DNA of 64,000 nt, from the NCBI GenBank assembly GCA_030704615.1, contig CM060733.1, positions 52,762,001-52,826,000 of the forward strand. The letters run 5' to 3'. Position numbers and translations under genes: made by a program. Of the stretch, positions 34,838 through 48,768 are shown one piece after another; position 1 is the first letter of the stretch, and each line of letters starts with the position of its first letter. A model generated the notes under the pieces. The model was not told the origin of the DNA. It searched no databases and was given only the letters and a program-made list of their open reading frames with translations. This DNA comes from Takakia lepidozioides (Eukaryota; Plantae; Bryophyta).

Positions 34838-35459
34838 TTGGAATGTGGAGGTTTGTTGACTAAGTATGAGGAGGTTAGGTATCATGTGACTACGCGAGCA
34901 CAAAAGAAATATTTGATATATTCTTACTATATACGATGGGCAAAACGAGAATGTGGTCGCGTTTGAACAATTACAAAACTATTCCAAAAGTATGCTCATG
35001 TCTAGCCAAAATAACAGAGCAGGAAGAAGAAAGTGATCAAGTGAAAATTGTAAATTGACCGTAACCAAGCCTATGTGTGTATTTGAACGTTTGAACCCCA
35101 TGTCTATCTTACATATTCTATTTCCGTGAGAACATTGGGTCCCTATTACATACCGTTTTTTTTTTTTTGCTCACGGCTCCATTTTTCTATGCTCACGTGA
35201 GCCCGCTCATGGGTGTGCTCACGTTCTACCAACCTCGGCTGTGAGTAGCGGGTCTGGTAATATCATGGGCCCGTGATCTGCAAGACTTTGCATTTTGGAA
35301 TTGCAAGCCCTACCACCTGTCAATGGATAAAGGGTGCAGGTTAAGGGAAAGGTAGTGCAATTTTAAACATGAAAAAAGGGAGATAAAATACATTGGGCAT
35401 GACGTCATAAACACAAGCCATCGGCGTCTAATGTGGTGAGGGCACCTTCTTCTTCGACC

Positions 35460-35817
35460 AGGAGACGGCTCAAGATACCTTTAGGTTCTTCTTGCTTGGG
35501 ACAAGATGATCTCCCATGTGGTTGCCCAGTTTGCTTCAGTCAGAGCCAGCCTCTCTCTCTCTCCCTACAAGAGCTACATCAAGACATTGTTCCCGCATCT
35601 CTGTTCCACAACTTAGAAATTCTTGAGGCTGCGCCTAAAGCCCTGGCCCTGTTGGATTCTAATTGTTTGGCAGCTCACACGCAGCAGGTTGATGCTTGTG
35701 TGAAGGGCTTTCTAGAGGATATCAGTTCCATCTTGTTCCGCCCAAACTGGGCGCGGGGGTCTCTGGCCACAACAACATCTTATGAGTACACACATACTCT
35801 CTTTCTCTCTTTCTCTC
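35460..35817. repeat. ~360-bp dispersed repeat, copy 2
   Basis: Matches 29921-30283. Confidence 0.9.
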
Positions 35818-36399
35818 TTGTCTGTTACGCTCATAACACTCTTCCCCCCGATATTCTTGCACTACTCATCAACTCATTCCAGCTCACGTAAAGTGGCTCT
35901 CAGGCCCTGAATCCACCATTTGGAGATCATGGTGACCACCAGATAATAGTGGGTGAGTGAGTGAGATGGAAAGGCCCCCTTAAACAATGACTCCATGAGA
36001 AATGTCAAAATGATTTGCTAAAATAGTATCAAAACATATGTGGACAAGAATATGTCATGCGAATGTTCAATCAATAGCGCAACAAGGGGGGGTTGCTAGA
36101 GAGCTAGGACAACGCCTAACAATGACGAAATGGGATTACCTTCCAGAAGGTTGTCCAAAGGGATTACCTTTTTGACAGCTACCTCCTGGAAAATGCACTA
36201 TCCCTAAAGCCATGGGCATTATTGATGCTTGGGAAGAGTATAACTTACCCACAGTATTAGCACCTGGGGAACCCACCCTTTTTCGCCTGGGAACGGGGGA
36301 GCATGGTGCCCTAACTCCAAGGGCTGGCGCCCCATGGCACCAGGGGTCAGCACAATTTTGCCACCTGCACCTATCTCGACCGTCCGATCTCCAGCCACT

Positions 36400-37068
36400 A
36401 GCCATATTGCAGATATATATGTAGCCATATTGCAGCCATCACTTATATAGTAACCATATTGCATTGTCCGATTGCCATATGGCTCAATATATAGTATACC
36501 TGTAGCCAGGTGGATTTTACGTGGATATTTTACATGTCGTCACCTCTGCACTCAGTCCCAAAAGTATTTCGCAAAGGACGCCAAGAAAATGGCAAAAAAG
36601 GACCGATTGGCACCCAAAGCAAGTTGGACCAAGGTGCCTGAGGTGATGTCTTTGGATAGCCGGCTGATTTTATATGAAGTCAAATGCGGCTGCAGCCATG
36701 GCTCCGTCTTTTGATACCAATCCCTTAACTCGTTTGTGGTGTTCTCTGATGGCCTCTCGAATTCTGCCTCAGAGTTTTGCTGAGTACATGAAGTTGGCAG
36801 AGATAGCAATGGTGCGGATCTGTGGAAGTGTTGAAGACGAGCGTTGTTTTAGCACTTTGAGCTTTGTGAAGTCCAAATTATGCAATAGGCTGATAACAGA
36901 CCTGGCTCTTGTAGTCAGAATGTTCTCATAAAGTTTTATACTTTGGAGAATTTTCCATATGTACCAGAGGCGATTGAACGGAGGGCAGCCCAGGCATGCT
37001 ATGCATTTGATGCATAGATCATAAGTTTTGTGTTTTATGGGTTTGTAGGCGGTGTAATAGGTAGTTTA
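36400..37068 (+). mobile_element. hAT transposon remnant (C-terminal dimerisation domain), interrupted by a Copia
   Basis: ORF 36674-36931 LW...EYMKLAEIAMV.I.GSVEDERCFSTLSFVKSKL.NRL. GCCATATTG repeats at 36400-36480. Confidence 0.7.
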
Positions 37069-37379
37069 TGAAGGAATACATCTATAATTCTCTGTCAGTG
37101 TATAGTGTAGGATGTACTAGATTATAGATTAAGGATGTGCAGTTACATCCAAGTCTTACATCTGAAGTGGTTAGTTGGTTGAAGTCACCAAAGGAATGTG
37201 GAACGGTACAGAGCTCAACAATTGAGTAGATGTAGAACCACCATACTCAGCCGAGACACAGAGAGTGCAGATCTCTCTTGTGAACACTTTTTCTCTTGAT
37301 GTAAGATCTATTTAATCTAGTTCTATGTTTTACACGATTATGTGTGTGATTGACTTTGGATAGAATAGATGTTTTCACA
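37069..37379 (+). repeat. Copia 5' LTR
   Basis: TGAAGGAATACA...GTTTTCACA, followed by the tRNA-iMet PBS. Confidence 0.95.
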
Positions 37380-40300
37380 TGGTATCAGAGCCATGGTTGT
37401 GGCTCGGGAGAGAGAGTGTCACTAATGAGTACGAACTAATAATTTCGAGACACACAATGAAATTAAAAGGAGTCGATAGAGTTTGGAGGAGAGAACTAAC
37501 AATTCTCCACGCTGCATCAGCGTGAAGAATTCAGTTTCTTATAGAAGAACACAAGTTCTAACATGGCCTGAATTCTGTGATGTTCATGCTTTCTTGGAAA
37601 GTGATAATTGATTGAGAATGGCTCAAAGAGTAGATGTGAGCAATATTCCTAAGTTTGACGGCACATACTTCCATGTGTGGAAGCATAGAGTAACACTACT
37701 ATTAAAAGCAGCAAAACTATGGGCTCTAGTCGTAGGGACAAAGTTAAAACCAGTGGCTCCCACGGCAGCACAGATTGTTGCTGGCAGCAAGCGCTTCCAG
37801 CCACAGGTGTTGGGAGTATAGTGAACTGGGAAGAGAGAGATGCCCTCTCACTCACCATAATTAATAACTGTTTGGACAATAGTGTAGTGTCACATGTACA
37901 GTCGTGTACATCAGCTTTTGAAGCATACGGAGAGTTGACAAGGTTATATGAATCAAATGATGCAGTAACCAAAATGTACATTAGAGACAAAATTCAAACT
38001 TTAAAAATGAAAGAGAATGAAAATGTCACTAAGCATACATGTCTTCAGATCTTTGCTAGAACAGCTTTCCGCTGCTGGTTCCCCTGTATCAGACGAGGAT
38101 GATGTCTTATCCCTAATGAGGAGTATGTAGATGAGTTATCGGACATTTATAGGCTCTTTTAGGGAGACACAACCGAATATAAGTCTACAGTCTTTAATTA
38201 TAGACTTAATACAGGAGGAAACTTTAATGATGAGTCTTGGATCTGCTACAGATTCAAAAACTGCATTATATTCTGGACATAAGTCTAGTACATATATAGT
38301 TTTAATAGGAAGAAGCAAAATGAGGACAAAAGTAGTGTCAAGAAGGAGGATGACGCATGATCAAACTCAAATAAAGGAAAGAAGAAGCAAATCAAGTGTT
38401 TTTTCTGTAAGAAGTTTGGACATATGATTAATGACTGTAGGAAGAGGATTGCAGCTGAAGCAGCAAATAAACAAGCAACACAAGGACATGTTGCAGTCGA
38501 AGGCATCAGCTCTTTGTAAGCAGCGATGATCATAAGTAAAGGGAAAGATTCAACTTGGTATGTGGACACAGGAGCCACACAACACATGACATATGACATA
38601 CACACTTTTGCGACATACAAAGAGTGGAGACGGGACAAGTTGTCTATTTAGGGATGACTCAACACATGAATAGCAAGCCAAGGGTCAGCCTTGTGTTTTG
38701 TGCAATGGACAGCGAAGGGAGGTACCTGACGTGCTCCATGTGCCAAGTCTCAAGAAGAATTTATTTTCTATTAAGCAATTAGACCTAGCTGGAGGAGAGA
38801 TGAACATAAAAGAAGGGTGCTGTAACCTGAAGAATTCCAAGGGAAATCTCATAGCAAAATGTGAGATAGAGAACGAACTCTATAAGCTAGGAACTACATT
38901 ACAGAACTCACAAGTCATGGCAATGCCAACTGTCTTAGAGACTAACAAGGCAGACCTATGGCACTGTAGATTAGGTCATATGAACCAAGCTAGAATGCAT
39001 TAGATGCAAACTAACTCTAAGTAGATGTTAGGAAACTAACATTATGTAGAGATTGCATCTCAGGAAAACAGCACCGAGAGAAATTCCCTGTAGATGGAGG
39101 CACCGAGCTACTGAACTGTTAGGCCTCGTACATACTAACATTTGTGGACCGATGCAAACTCTCACACACAACGGGTTTAAGTATTTCATCACATTTATAG
39201 ATGATCTTTCAAGGTTTACTGTTGTTTATTTATTAAAACAAAAGTCAGAGGCATTTGACTGGTTGAAAATCAGCTAAGTAAGAAGATCAAGGTTCTAAGG
39301 GCTGATGGGGGTGGTGAATACATTTCTAATGAGTTTAATTTATTCTGTCAAGAGAGTGGCATAAAGAGGCAGTTTACTGTAGCAGGAACACCACAACAGA
39401 ATGGGGTGTCTGAGAAGAAAAATAGGACCTTAGTGGAAGCAGTACTTTCCATGCTACACCATACTAGCTTACCAAATGTCTATTGGGGTGAAGCTCTTAT
39501 GACTACCACATACCTACAGAATAGGTCACCAATCAAAGCTCTACAGAATAACAAAACACCCATAGAGTTATGGACAGGTGTGAAACTTGATGTATCACAC
39601 TTGAAAGTCTTTGGCTGTAGAGCCTTTGCACTAGTACAGAAGGATAATAGACGCAAACTAGACTCACACACTGTTGAGTGTACATTTTTGGGCTATAGTG
39701 AACAGACTAAGGGTACAGATTAATGACCAAACAAAAGACAATTATCATTTCCAGAGATGTGATATTCCATGATGATAGTAATGACACAGTGGGAGATGCT
39801 ATAGTAGAAGGAACACAAGCAGACAAAGATTCAATGCTATTAGATCGATCTTTCTTTAAGCAGTATGCAAACACTAATAATTTACCACTTCCTCACACTC
39901 ACATAGTACCACAAAACACTCACACAAGTCCAAGTGTGCAACCTTCTCAAATACCCTCTCAGTTTCCTAGGCCAAGTCAAGTAGTGGGAGCACTACCATC
40001 ACCACTGAGCACAGGTTCAATTTATCAGCCTTATGATGACATAGAGGATATAGTGAGAGAAAATACCTCACCCACCGTAGGGAGGGATTCAAGACAGGCC
40101 AGGAGAGAGACATCAAGCTCACCAGGAAATAGACGATCTACTAGAATCAAGAAACCACCTGATAGGTTGATTGAGAGTATAGAAGGTAGGAAACCCTGAG
40201 AGCACTTTTGACACACAAGCTTTTGTAAACGAACCTGTTACCTTGAAGGAGGCTTTATCTTGTTCCGAAGCGGAACAATGGAAGAATGCTATAGATTCTG

Positions 40301-41844
40301 AGCTAGAATCTTTAAGAAGAAACAAAACATGGACAGTCATGAAGCTACCACAGAATAAAAAACCTATAGGTTGTAAATGGCTGTTCAAAGTAAAATTGGA
40401 TCGCTATAAAGCAAGATTGGTAGCAAAAGGATACTCACAGATATCTGGACTAGATTATACAGAGACCTTTTCACCACTAGTCAAATTAGCATCTATACGA
40501 GTGATACTTGCGCTTGCGGCTCAGTTTGATTTTGAAGTCCAACAACTTGATGTTAAGACTGCCTTCTTCAATGGCTTCATAGAAGAAGACATCTATATGG
40601 AGTTCCCAGAAGGAGTCATACAAGAGAGCAAATCTGGTTTAGCTTGTAAGCTGAACAAATCACTTTACGAGCTCAAACAATCATCACGGGCATTAAACGC
40701 AAGATTTGACACCTATTTGATGACAATAGGGTTTGATCGAAGCGTAGCTGATTCGAACGTCTACGTGCAATGGAAGAGCACGAGTTACCTTATTCTGGCA
40801 TTATATGTTGATGATACTATATTGGCTAGCAATGATGTAAAATTCTTGCAAGAGATCAAGAAGCTCCTCGAATTTGAATTTGAAATGATGGATATGGGGG
40901 AGATTCACTACTGCCTTGGGATGCAAATTTCAAGAAACAGAGGAGAAAGATGGATCAGATTGTTGCAAGAAAGGTATTTGCTTGGAGTACTGCAAAGATT
41001 CGAAATGGAAAATTGTAAGCCAATTAGCACCCCAATGGAGACCAGGGAGAAGCTAACAAAGTCAGATTGCCCAGAAACTGAATATGGAAAAGTTTTGATG
41101 CAAGAAGTGTCTTATTCACAAGCAGTCGGTTGTTTGATGCATGCTGTTGTCAACACCCGACTTGATTGCTCATTTGCAGTGGGTAGTCTCGCTCAATTCC
41201 TATCGAACCCCGGAGAGCCTCATTGGCAGGCAGCAAAGAGGGTGATGAGGTACATAAAATGCACTCTTCACATTAGAATTCAGTATTGTAAATCGGACAA
41301 AGGAGCAACCCTAATAGGTTTTTCAGACGCGGATTGGGCTGGAGACGTAGACACTCGACGTTCAACATCGGGTTTTTGCTTCAAACTAGCAGGTGGTGTA
41401 GTAAGCTGGTCAAGCAAAAAGCAGAGGTCCGTGGCTTTGTCAAGTACTGAATCCGAATACATGGCTTTATCAAAGGCTGCAGCAGAGGCAGTGTGACTCA
41501 GGAGTCTGATGATGGACTTGAGATTTGTTCAGAAGAAAGCTACTATAATTTATGCAGATAATCAAAGTGCAATAGCGCTATCTGCAAATCCTAAGTTTCA
41601 TGCTCGTAGTAAGCATATTGATATCCAATATCACTACATACGAGAAAAGGTCCAATCGAAGGAAGTGACACTGGAGTACCTTCCAACATCTGAAATGATT
41701 GCTGATTTCTTGACGAAGAGCGTTCCGAAGGAGAAACACTTTCTTTGTGCGAGAGGGGTTGGATTGAAGTGGAACAAGAAGCCAAAGCAAGATTCAGACA
41801 AGATGGAAGACACTACGTATATACTGCCAGAGTATTAGTGGGAG

Positions 41845-42155
41845 TGAAGGAATACATCTATAATTCTCTGTCAGTGTATAGTGTAGGATGTACTAGATTA
41901 TAGATTAAGGATGTGCAGTTACATCCAAGTCTTACATCTGAAGTGGTTAGTTGGTTGAAGTCACCAAAGGAATGTGGAACGGTACAGAACTCAACAATTG
42001 AGTAGATGTAGAACCACCATACTCAGCCGAGACACAGAGAGTGCAGATCTCTCTTGTGAACACTTTTTCTCTTGATGTAAGATCTATTTAATCTAGTTCT
42101 ATGTTTTACACGATTATGTGTGTGATTGACTTTGGATAGAATAGATGTTTTCACA
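41845..42155 (+). repeat. Copia 3' LTR
   Basis: Copy of 37069-37379, with one substitution noticed. Confidence 0.95.
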
Positions 42156-42968
42156 GTTAATGGCAGGTTTTGTGGCAGCCATTGGATGCCTGTATGTATG
42201 TATCGGCGGATGTCACATAAGTACCGACGGGATTTATTTCCGTCCCCTTTGTTTCCATGATGTTGGCAAGTTCTGATGGTGCTTATTCGTTTGTCTGCCA
42301 ATCGAATCCTCCTCCATTCTATGACATTTACGCTGGACGATCCTTATCTTCTGCAGAGGTCAAACCTGCAATGCATTTAAAGGCCATTCAAGCTCAAAGT
42401 AGCGGTTGCACGACAATCTTTCGAAACCTTGAAATCACTCTAACATATATTTTTAAGTGTCTGAACTAACTCATTTGAACTTTGAGGAATTGGGTACTGC
42501 CGCGATATTAAAAGGACTTCAGGAGGCCTAGCCTAGTTGCCTCCACTTTGAAAACATTCTTTGGTATGTTTCAGCATCATGATTTGGGCTGTGTGAGTAA
42601 TTTCGTTGTCTTCTTCCAGTCCTGTACTTGCGTCAAGTTCTTCTAGTTTCTCTTAGTACAAATTCCCCTTTCAAACTTGTAGTGTCCTTCTTCAAGGCAC
42701 TTTTGCAAAGTTGTGGCTTTAAAATGTGCTGAATTGCAGTCGAAAATACTGAAGACAGTACTATACTACTCACTGAGAGAGCTGAGAGGCGGATGACAGA
42801 CATAAGGTAAGTTAAGTAAGTTACATACATAAGCAGCTCAAGAAGTTGAACTGTTTTTTAATTCAGCACACGTATCTAAGACAGCCTCGTGTGGGATCGA
42901 TTGGATGCTAGATACCCTAATTAATGCCAACACTCTAGTCCTATATGCCTAATGGATATTCTAAGCAT

Positions 42969-44505
42969 TCAAGACAGCCACCATCTTGCTACCCGTAATC
43001 CAGTTACGAGAGAAGATAGAGCGAGGAACAAAAATGCCCCAAATCCCAGTGCGATTGAAACTGCCGCTTGAGTGCAGAATGCTCTTGCATCTCCACACCT
43101 GTGCGACTCGAGAATCATAAGCTCCCCTGTCTGCAAAAGCTGGGCCGTAGCAGCGCCAGCCGAGACGGCCGAGAAGAGCAGGTAGGAAAAGCCCTGTCAT
43201 GCAAATACCACACATTAGGTGGAGTGATCGGATAAAGGTGGACAGTATGAACAATATTGTATGAGAGTTTCTGAGGTACTTCGTGCAACAGATACTTAAT
43301 AGTCCTTCTCACTCGAGATTTCTCAGCTGTGCGAGTTCTATCTTTAACCTCCCCAATCTATCATTTCTTCCTGTTTATTTCAGTGAGACATGTAGTGCAA
43401 TACATCCCTGTACTTCACTCCGTCCATCTCGATGCACAGCTGAAACCCCCTCCTTACATCACTTGTGCTTCATTCAAGAGGACAATGAACTGGCATATTG
43501 TCACCCATCTATATATATCGGAAACCGGCTTTTGGTCCCTCGTGAACGATGGTTTTTGCCTCGTTTGTCCTGACGTGTTGTGGGCAAGGATAAGAGCCAG
43601 ATAACTGAATCGCAATGTCGGGACAGACAAGAGAATGTGCATTTCCATCATGGGCTTCATACCAGGTCGTGGCCAAAGTCGAACCATATTTGGAATGTTT
43701 CAGGTAAGAACAAGGTGCCCTGGATCACGGTCCACACAGCGAGCCAGGTCTCAACGAACGAGTAGAGACAGATTATCGCGTTCACTGCAAACACATACCT
43801 GCAGAAACCCACCTGCCCATGAGATCGATTTGTAACAAATGACTAACAATCTTTCCATTGAACAAAAGCTGTAGTTATTGCCTTAAACCCCTCGCATGAA
43901 CGGGGCCACGGCTGGAGAAACAGATTCTACGGCCTGGGGATAGATCTTTCAAGATCAACAGATGATTGGTGGTCACAAACACCCAACCAACACAATGCCA
44001 GCAGCTGACTTCCCCATCAGGTTACAATGCAGCAATATATCGGTAGGTGGAGACCATCAATAACACCACCACTCTGCAATTTCCGAGATGAGGTAGACGT
44101 CAACCGCAGGATTCATGAATCCATGATTCGCTAGTGCATGATCATGCACTAACAAGACGGCCATCCAGCATATCACTACGTACTTTACAATTTGGAGATC
44201 TTCAAAGTGATGTAAGTAGTAGTGGAAAACATAGGCGCATTGTCTAGGACTGGTGCTTACCGATATGGGTCATAATTGTACCACGCAACCTTCCCCAGCG
44301 TGCCTCGCACGTAGTGCCTGTCGGTCCCCATCAAAGCAACAGCTGCGAGGGAAAAGACAAATGAGAGAGCTCGAAAGAGTAGCAGCAATACATTGGCGCG
44401 CCCTTTCCTATCCAGAGGATTGGCTCCGTAGTAATGGACGTCTTGTCTGAGGGCACTGGCCTCAGTATCCGATTTCAGAAAATCCTTGTGTGGAGTCGAT
44501 TCCAT
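42969..44505 (-). CDS. CASP-like (DUF588/MARVEL) membrane protein, CASPL4C-like, 3 exons, 201 aa
   Basis: Exons 44505-44261, 43798-43663, 43193-42969. YRYVFAVNAIICLYS...PETFQIWFDFGHDLGFSYLLFSA...AFCTQAAVSIALGFGAFLFLALSS. Confidence 0.88.
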
Positions 44506-46518
44506 CCTGGATAATCTGAGTTCCTAATTTCTCTCTCTCTCTCTCTCTCTCTCTCGGCCTCTTCTCGTGATGCACCGAACTCCAATATCTCCCTCTTCCA
44601 ATCAAATGCAGCTCTCTCCCCTCCACCGAAAGCCACAGTACATATCTCTCCGGCTCTATCTCTGATTCTATCTCTGATAAACCGATCTTCCAAGTACAGA
44701 TGCTTAGCTCTCGAAGATGGGAAGATACAACAACATCATTGCAACACTCCATACAAGTTGCTCACAAAAACATAATTGCTCCTCAGATTGCCAGCAGGTA
44801 TCTACCAATACTAGCTTACCATTTTCAGGAAAATGCTTCGGGCAGGAAGTTCGCCGCCTTAATGGCAACACTGAAAGCTTTTGCTCAGGCGGCCCTAGAG
44901 GTTGCAGATAGGGGGATGGCAAGCGGCCTCCACCTCCAATGGCTTGTTGCCGATCTCCTCGAATGCAGGAAGTGGGCCAGCCTCTGCGCCGCAGACGTCG
45001 TGCGCTCATCAAGGCTTGCCGTCACCTTTTTGCCTTCTTCTTCCTTTCAATAGAAGAAGGTTAAACAAACTGGAAGTTAAACAATTTTTATTTTTATTTT
45101 TTGAACAAACTTTACTTCTTTCAGAAACTTTTTTGCAATAAGTCGAATCATATTAAGAATATATATTTTCTAAGAATGCCGGCTTCCGCAGAGTTTTGTC
45201 TCTCCTTTCTGACGACTTCAAATGAGTGCAGGGAAATTTTTTGACAGGCTTGACGACAGGTTTTTGTTCTTTTCCTTGGGACTTTCCTGGATTTGAGAGT
45301 TGGGCCATTGCCGCAACTACTTAGTACTCACTTAATTATTGGGAAGGCACAACTGCGTAGCAGAATTTGAACCCAGAATTGTCAGGGTTGCCCTCAGTAC
45401 AATATCCACGTGAGCTAACCACATTCTTCTGACTCAAACCACTATTTATGGCTAGTCTATCTTTTCGAGTTGTGGGAATGTCATTCCCTGATGAAAAAAA
45501 TAGAAAAGAAACAATTGCGGGCCTCCGTCAGACCGTCTGCAACAGTCAACTAAGTTCAAATAAGCCAAGATAAATGAATTCACTAAAAGAGGAAAATTTT
45601 CATTAATTTTTTATGTATTCATATTTACTAAGACAAGTGTCAAAGGATATAACAAGTACAAAATTAAAGCCAGGTCCTAGGCTCAAATCCACCGACACCT
45701 ACAACGCAGCTGGAGAGCCGGAGCAGGAAGCGCCCACAGGGCAGAAGTTTCATTCATCCATATCCCCCCCATTTCTTCATCGGCCCCAAATATAGAGAGC
45801 TGTTCTCCGCTATTATAATCACGAACTGACCCACCAACCACAGTCCAATATTAGCGGACGGAAAGCCTGTCGACGAGCGCCTCCGTCGTCAGCATACCGT
45901 CAGAGTATATTTCCATACGTACTATTATTAGGGGCGACACATTCATCATTGTACAGGGGATGATTTTGTGCGTATGACGAACGAACATGGATCTGATGGA
46001 CGAACATTAGCTTTCGTCCACTGGGAATCTTTTCTTTTTCTTGGATTTGTTTCTCTGGACATAAATTCCAACTTTTACTGATGAAAGGGGGAAACAAAAT
46101 CCCCAATAGAGGCCATAGAGGCAATACACACACCTTAGTCTAGAACAGCAAACCGGGAGAGTGCTCATGCTTTGCTTGTTTGGCTTCATATAGATTGTCA
46201 GTTTTCTTCATTGGAACCAAACCCTCTCCAGGGTTCGTCCTATTTTTCCTGTAGGTGCTGGCCGGAGAGTAGACTTTTGTATGTTCATTTAGCTGTGAGA
46301 TATTGGAAGAGGGCGGCTTTTGAGTCATGGAATTTCTGTGCCCATTAATCTTTGGGATCAATGTGAAGGCCCATGAGAGGGCGCCCTTCAATACAAAGGG
46401 AGGGTGTTGGTAGATAGCCATGTTGCTGGATGAGTGCCCCAGAGAGCTGTAGGATTCATATAATTCTTGGCAGGAGATGATCATAGGCATGTGCGGGAAG
46501 GGAGAACTGGCCGCCGTG

Positions 46519-48768
46519 TCACCAGTAATCTCCACAAGAACAGACTCCATCTTGAAAGTGGTGAAAGCGGTTGGCATCCCTCACAACAATTGCTCGTGCA
46601 ATGATCTTTGAGATGAACTTTGCAGCAGTGTGGCAATCACCACATACACGAAGGTTCTTGATGATCCGGAGAGGTGTCCCAGAGGGTGTGCTGATATGGC
46701 CAAAAGCGATGGCCAGCTTCTCACTGTGGTGGCAAAGAGAGAATTCCTTTTGTTCCTCCACCACATCATGCAATACAAACCGTGTGTCAGGCACATACCC
46801 AGCCTCCCTCATCGCCACAGACAATCTCTTCAGCTCAGTGTGGATTTCGTCAATTTGTGGATGCAATTTGTCTTCTCCAACAAATGTATGACGCTTGTTG
46901 TCCACCTCAATCCAGCTCTGTCCTGGCTCCTTTCTGATACCTCTATCCTCCATCATCTTTCTCAGTTTGGCTTTATCATCCCACCTGCCAGCCACAGCAT
47001 AGATGTTCGATAGCAGCACGTAAGTTGGAGCATCCTCTGGATCACACTTGAGAAGGGATTTTGCTGCATGTTCGGCTAGCGCCAGATTGCCATGATTTCT
47101 GCAGGCACCAAGCAAGGCCCCCCACACCCCAGCATCTGGTTCAATCGGCATGTTGTTGATGAAGTCCTCCGCCACATCTAGTCGCCCTGCACGGCCAAAA
47201 AGGTCCACCATGCAGCCAAAATGCTGCACTGTCGGGTTGAGGCCGTACACTCTACTCATGGAATCGAAGTAGTGGCAGCCTTCATCCACAAGGCCCACAT
47301 GGCTACATGCAGCCAGAATGGATATGAAGGTGATACCATTTGGCCTGAAGCCTTGCTGTTGCATCTGTTCAAACAGTTTAAGGGCCTCCTCACCACACCC
47401 ATGCTGGGCATAGCCTGCGATCATGGCGCTCCATGAGACCACATCTGGTTTAGCCATGTTGTCAAATACTTGATGGGCATCTTTCATGCTCCCACATTTA
47501 GCGTACATGTCAACTAGGGTATTCTGTAGACTGATGGCTGGCACAATTCCAGCTTCGATTAAGTCTGCGTGGACCTCTAGGCCCTTTTCCAGGGCAGCAA
47601 GGCTGGCAACCGCCTTGAGAACACAAATGAAGGTGACCATGTCGGGCCTCACCCCTTCCCGTATCATCTGCTCATAGATTTGAAAAGCCTCCCTACCACA
47701 CCCATGTTGAGCATATCCTGCGATCATGGCGCTCCACGCCACAACATTTCGATGAGCCATTTTGTAAAATACTTGACATGCATCCTTCATGTTCCCGCAT
47801 TTGGCATACATGTCAACCAGAGAAGTCTCCACAATGAGGTGTGAGGCAATTCCAGCTTTGATGATGTCAGCATGGACCTCTTTGCCCTTTTCCAGGGCTG
47901 CCAGGTGGGCACATGCCTTGAGAAGGCAAGAGAACGTAAATCCATCAGGTGTCACCCCTTCCTGTCGCATTTTCTCATACATCTCTAGAGCCTCCTGACG
48001 ACACCCATGCTGAGCATATCCTGCAATCATGGCATTCCATGCCACCACATCTCGTTTTGCCATACTGTCAAACATGCAACGCGCATCCTTTATGCTCCCG
48101 CATTTGGCATACATGTGGACAAGCGTATTCTCCAAAATGATATCTGGCACAATGCCAGCTTTGATAATGGCAGCATGAACCTCTTTGCCCTTCTCCAGGG
48201 TGCCTAAGCTGGCACATGCATTGACAATGCAAGTGAATGTGACCCTGTTGGGCATAACCCCATAGCATAGCATTTGCTCATAGATTGTAAAAGCCTCCCT
48301 ACCACTACCATGCTTGGCGTATCCTGATATCATTATATTCCAGGTAAACAGATCTCTTTCAGGCATTTTGTCAAACACCTGGCGTGCATCCCGCACACTC
48401 CCACACTTGGCATACATATTGATAAGGGTGTTGAGTAAAAACATGTTTGGCTTTAATCCACTTTGGAGAAAGTGGGCGTGCAGCTGCTTTCCCGCTGCTA
48501 GGTCTTTCATTTTGATGCACTCCCATAAGAGGCTGACATATGTATTGGAGTCTGCCACAATGTCTTGTTTGCTCGAAATGTGCAGCGCTTGTTTCAGTTG
48601 CATTTCTTTACATAGTATGGTCACATCCCCACAAGTGCCAGAAGCGTTTTTATCGACTACCTCTCTCGCTCCTCTTTCAAAAGCAGTGCTCGTGGTGGAA
48701 GTGCTTGGCTTCAACAACTGTGCCTGACCCAATCTTGTCATCCTGCATGACTCTGAACTGTTAGTCAA
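46519..48768 (-). CDS. PLS-E-DYW pentatricopeptide repeat protein (organellar C-to-U RNA editing factor)
   Basis: Repeated MYAKCG/DVVAW PLS motifs, PG box EPGQSWIE, HSEKLA...CGDCH deaminase signature, terminal DYW. The true start codon is uncertain. Confidence 0.95.
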   Translation of the reverse strand: MTNSSESCRMTRLGQAQLLKPSTSTTSTAFERGAREVVDKNASGTCGDVTILCKEMQLKQALHISSKQDIVADSNTYVSLLWECIKMKDLAAGKQLHAHFLQSGLKPNMFLLNTLINMYAKCGSVRDARQVFDKMPERDLFTWNIMISGYAKHGSGREAFTIYEQMLCYGVMPNRVTFTCIVNACASLGTLEKGKEVHAAIIKAGIVPDIILENTLVHMYAKCGSIKDARCMFDSMAKRDVVAWNAMIAGYAQHGCRQEALEMYEKMRQEGVTPDGFTFSCLLKACAHLAALEKGKEVHADIIKAGIASHLIVETSLVDMYAKCGNMKDACQVFYKMAHRNVVAWSAMIAGYAQHGCGREAFQIYEQMIREGVRPDMVTFICVLKAVASLAALEKGLEVHADLIEAGIVPAISLQNTLVDMYAKCGSMKDAHQVFDNMAKPDVVSWSAMIAGYAQHGCGEEALKLFEQMQQQGFRPNGITFISILAACSHVGLVDEGCHYFDSMSRVYGLNPTVQHFGCMVDLFGRAGRLDVAEDFINNMPIEPDAGVWGALLGACRNHGNLALAEHAAKSLLKCDPEDAPTYVLLSNIYAVAGRWDDKAKLRKMMEDRGIRKEPGQSWIEVDNKRHTFVGEDKLHPQIDEIHTELKRLSVAMREAGYVPDTRFVLHDVVEEQKEFSLCHHSEKLAIAFGHISTPSGTPLRIIKNLRVCGDCHTAAKFISKIIARAIVVRDANRFHHFQDGVCSCGDYW

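Larger units (their letters stand above)
37069..42155 (+). mobile_element. Full-length Ty1/Copia LTR retrotransposon with a degenerate internal region
   Basis: 311-bp TG...CA LTRs; PBS TGGTATCAGAGC at 37380; short PPT AGTGGGAG at 41837; flanks GTTTA/GTTAA (5-bp TSD with one mismatch). Order gag, protease (WYVDTGAT.HM), integrase, RT (LYVDD), RNase H (FSDADWAG). Confidence 0.95.
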
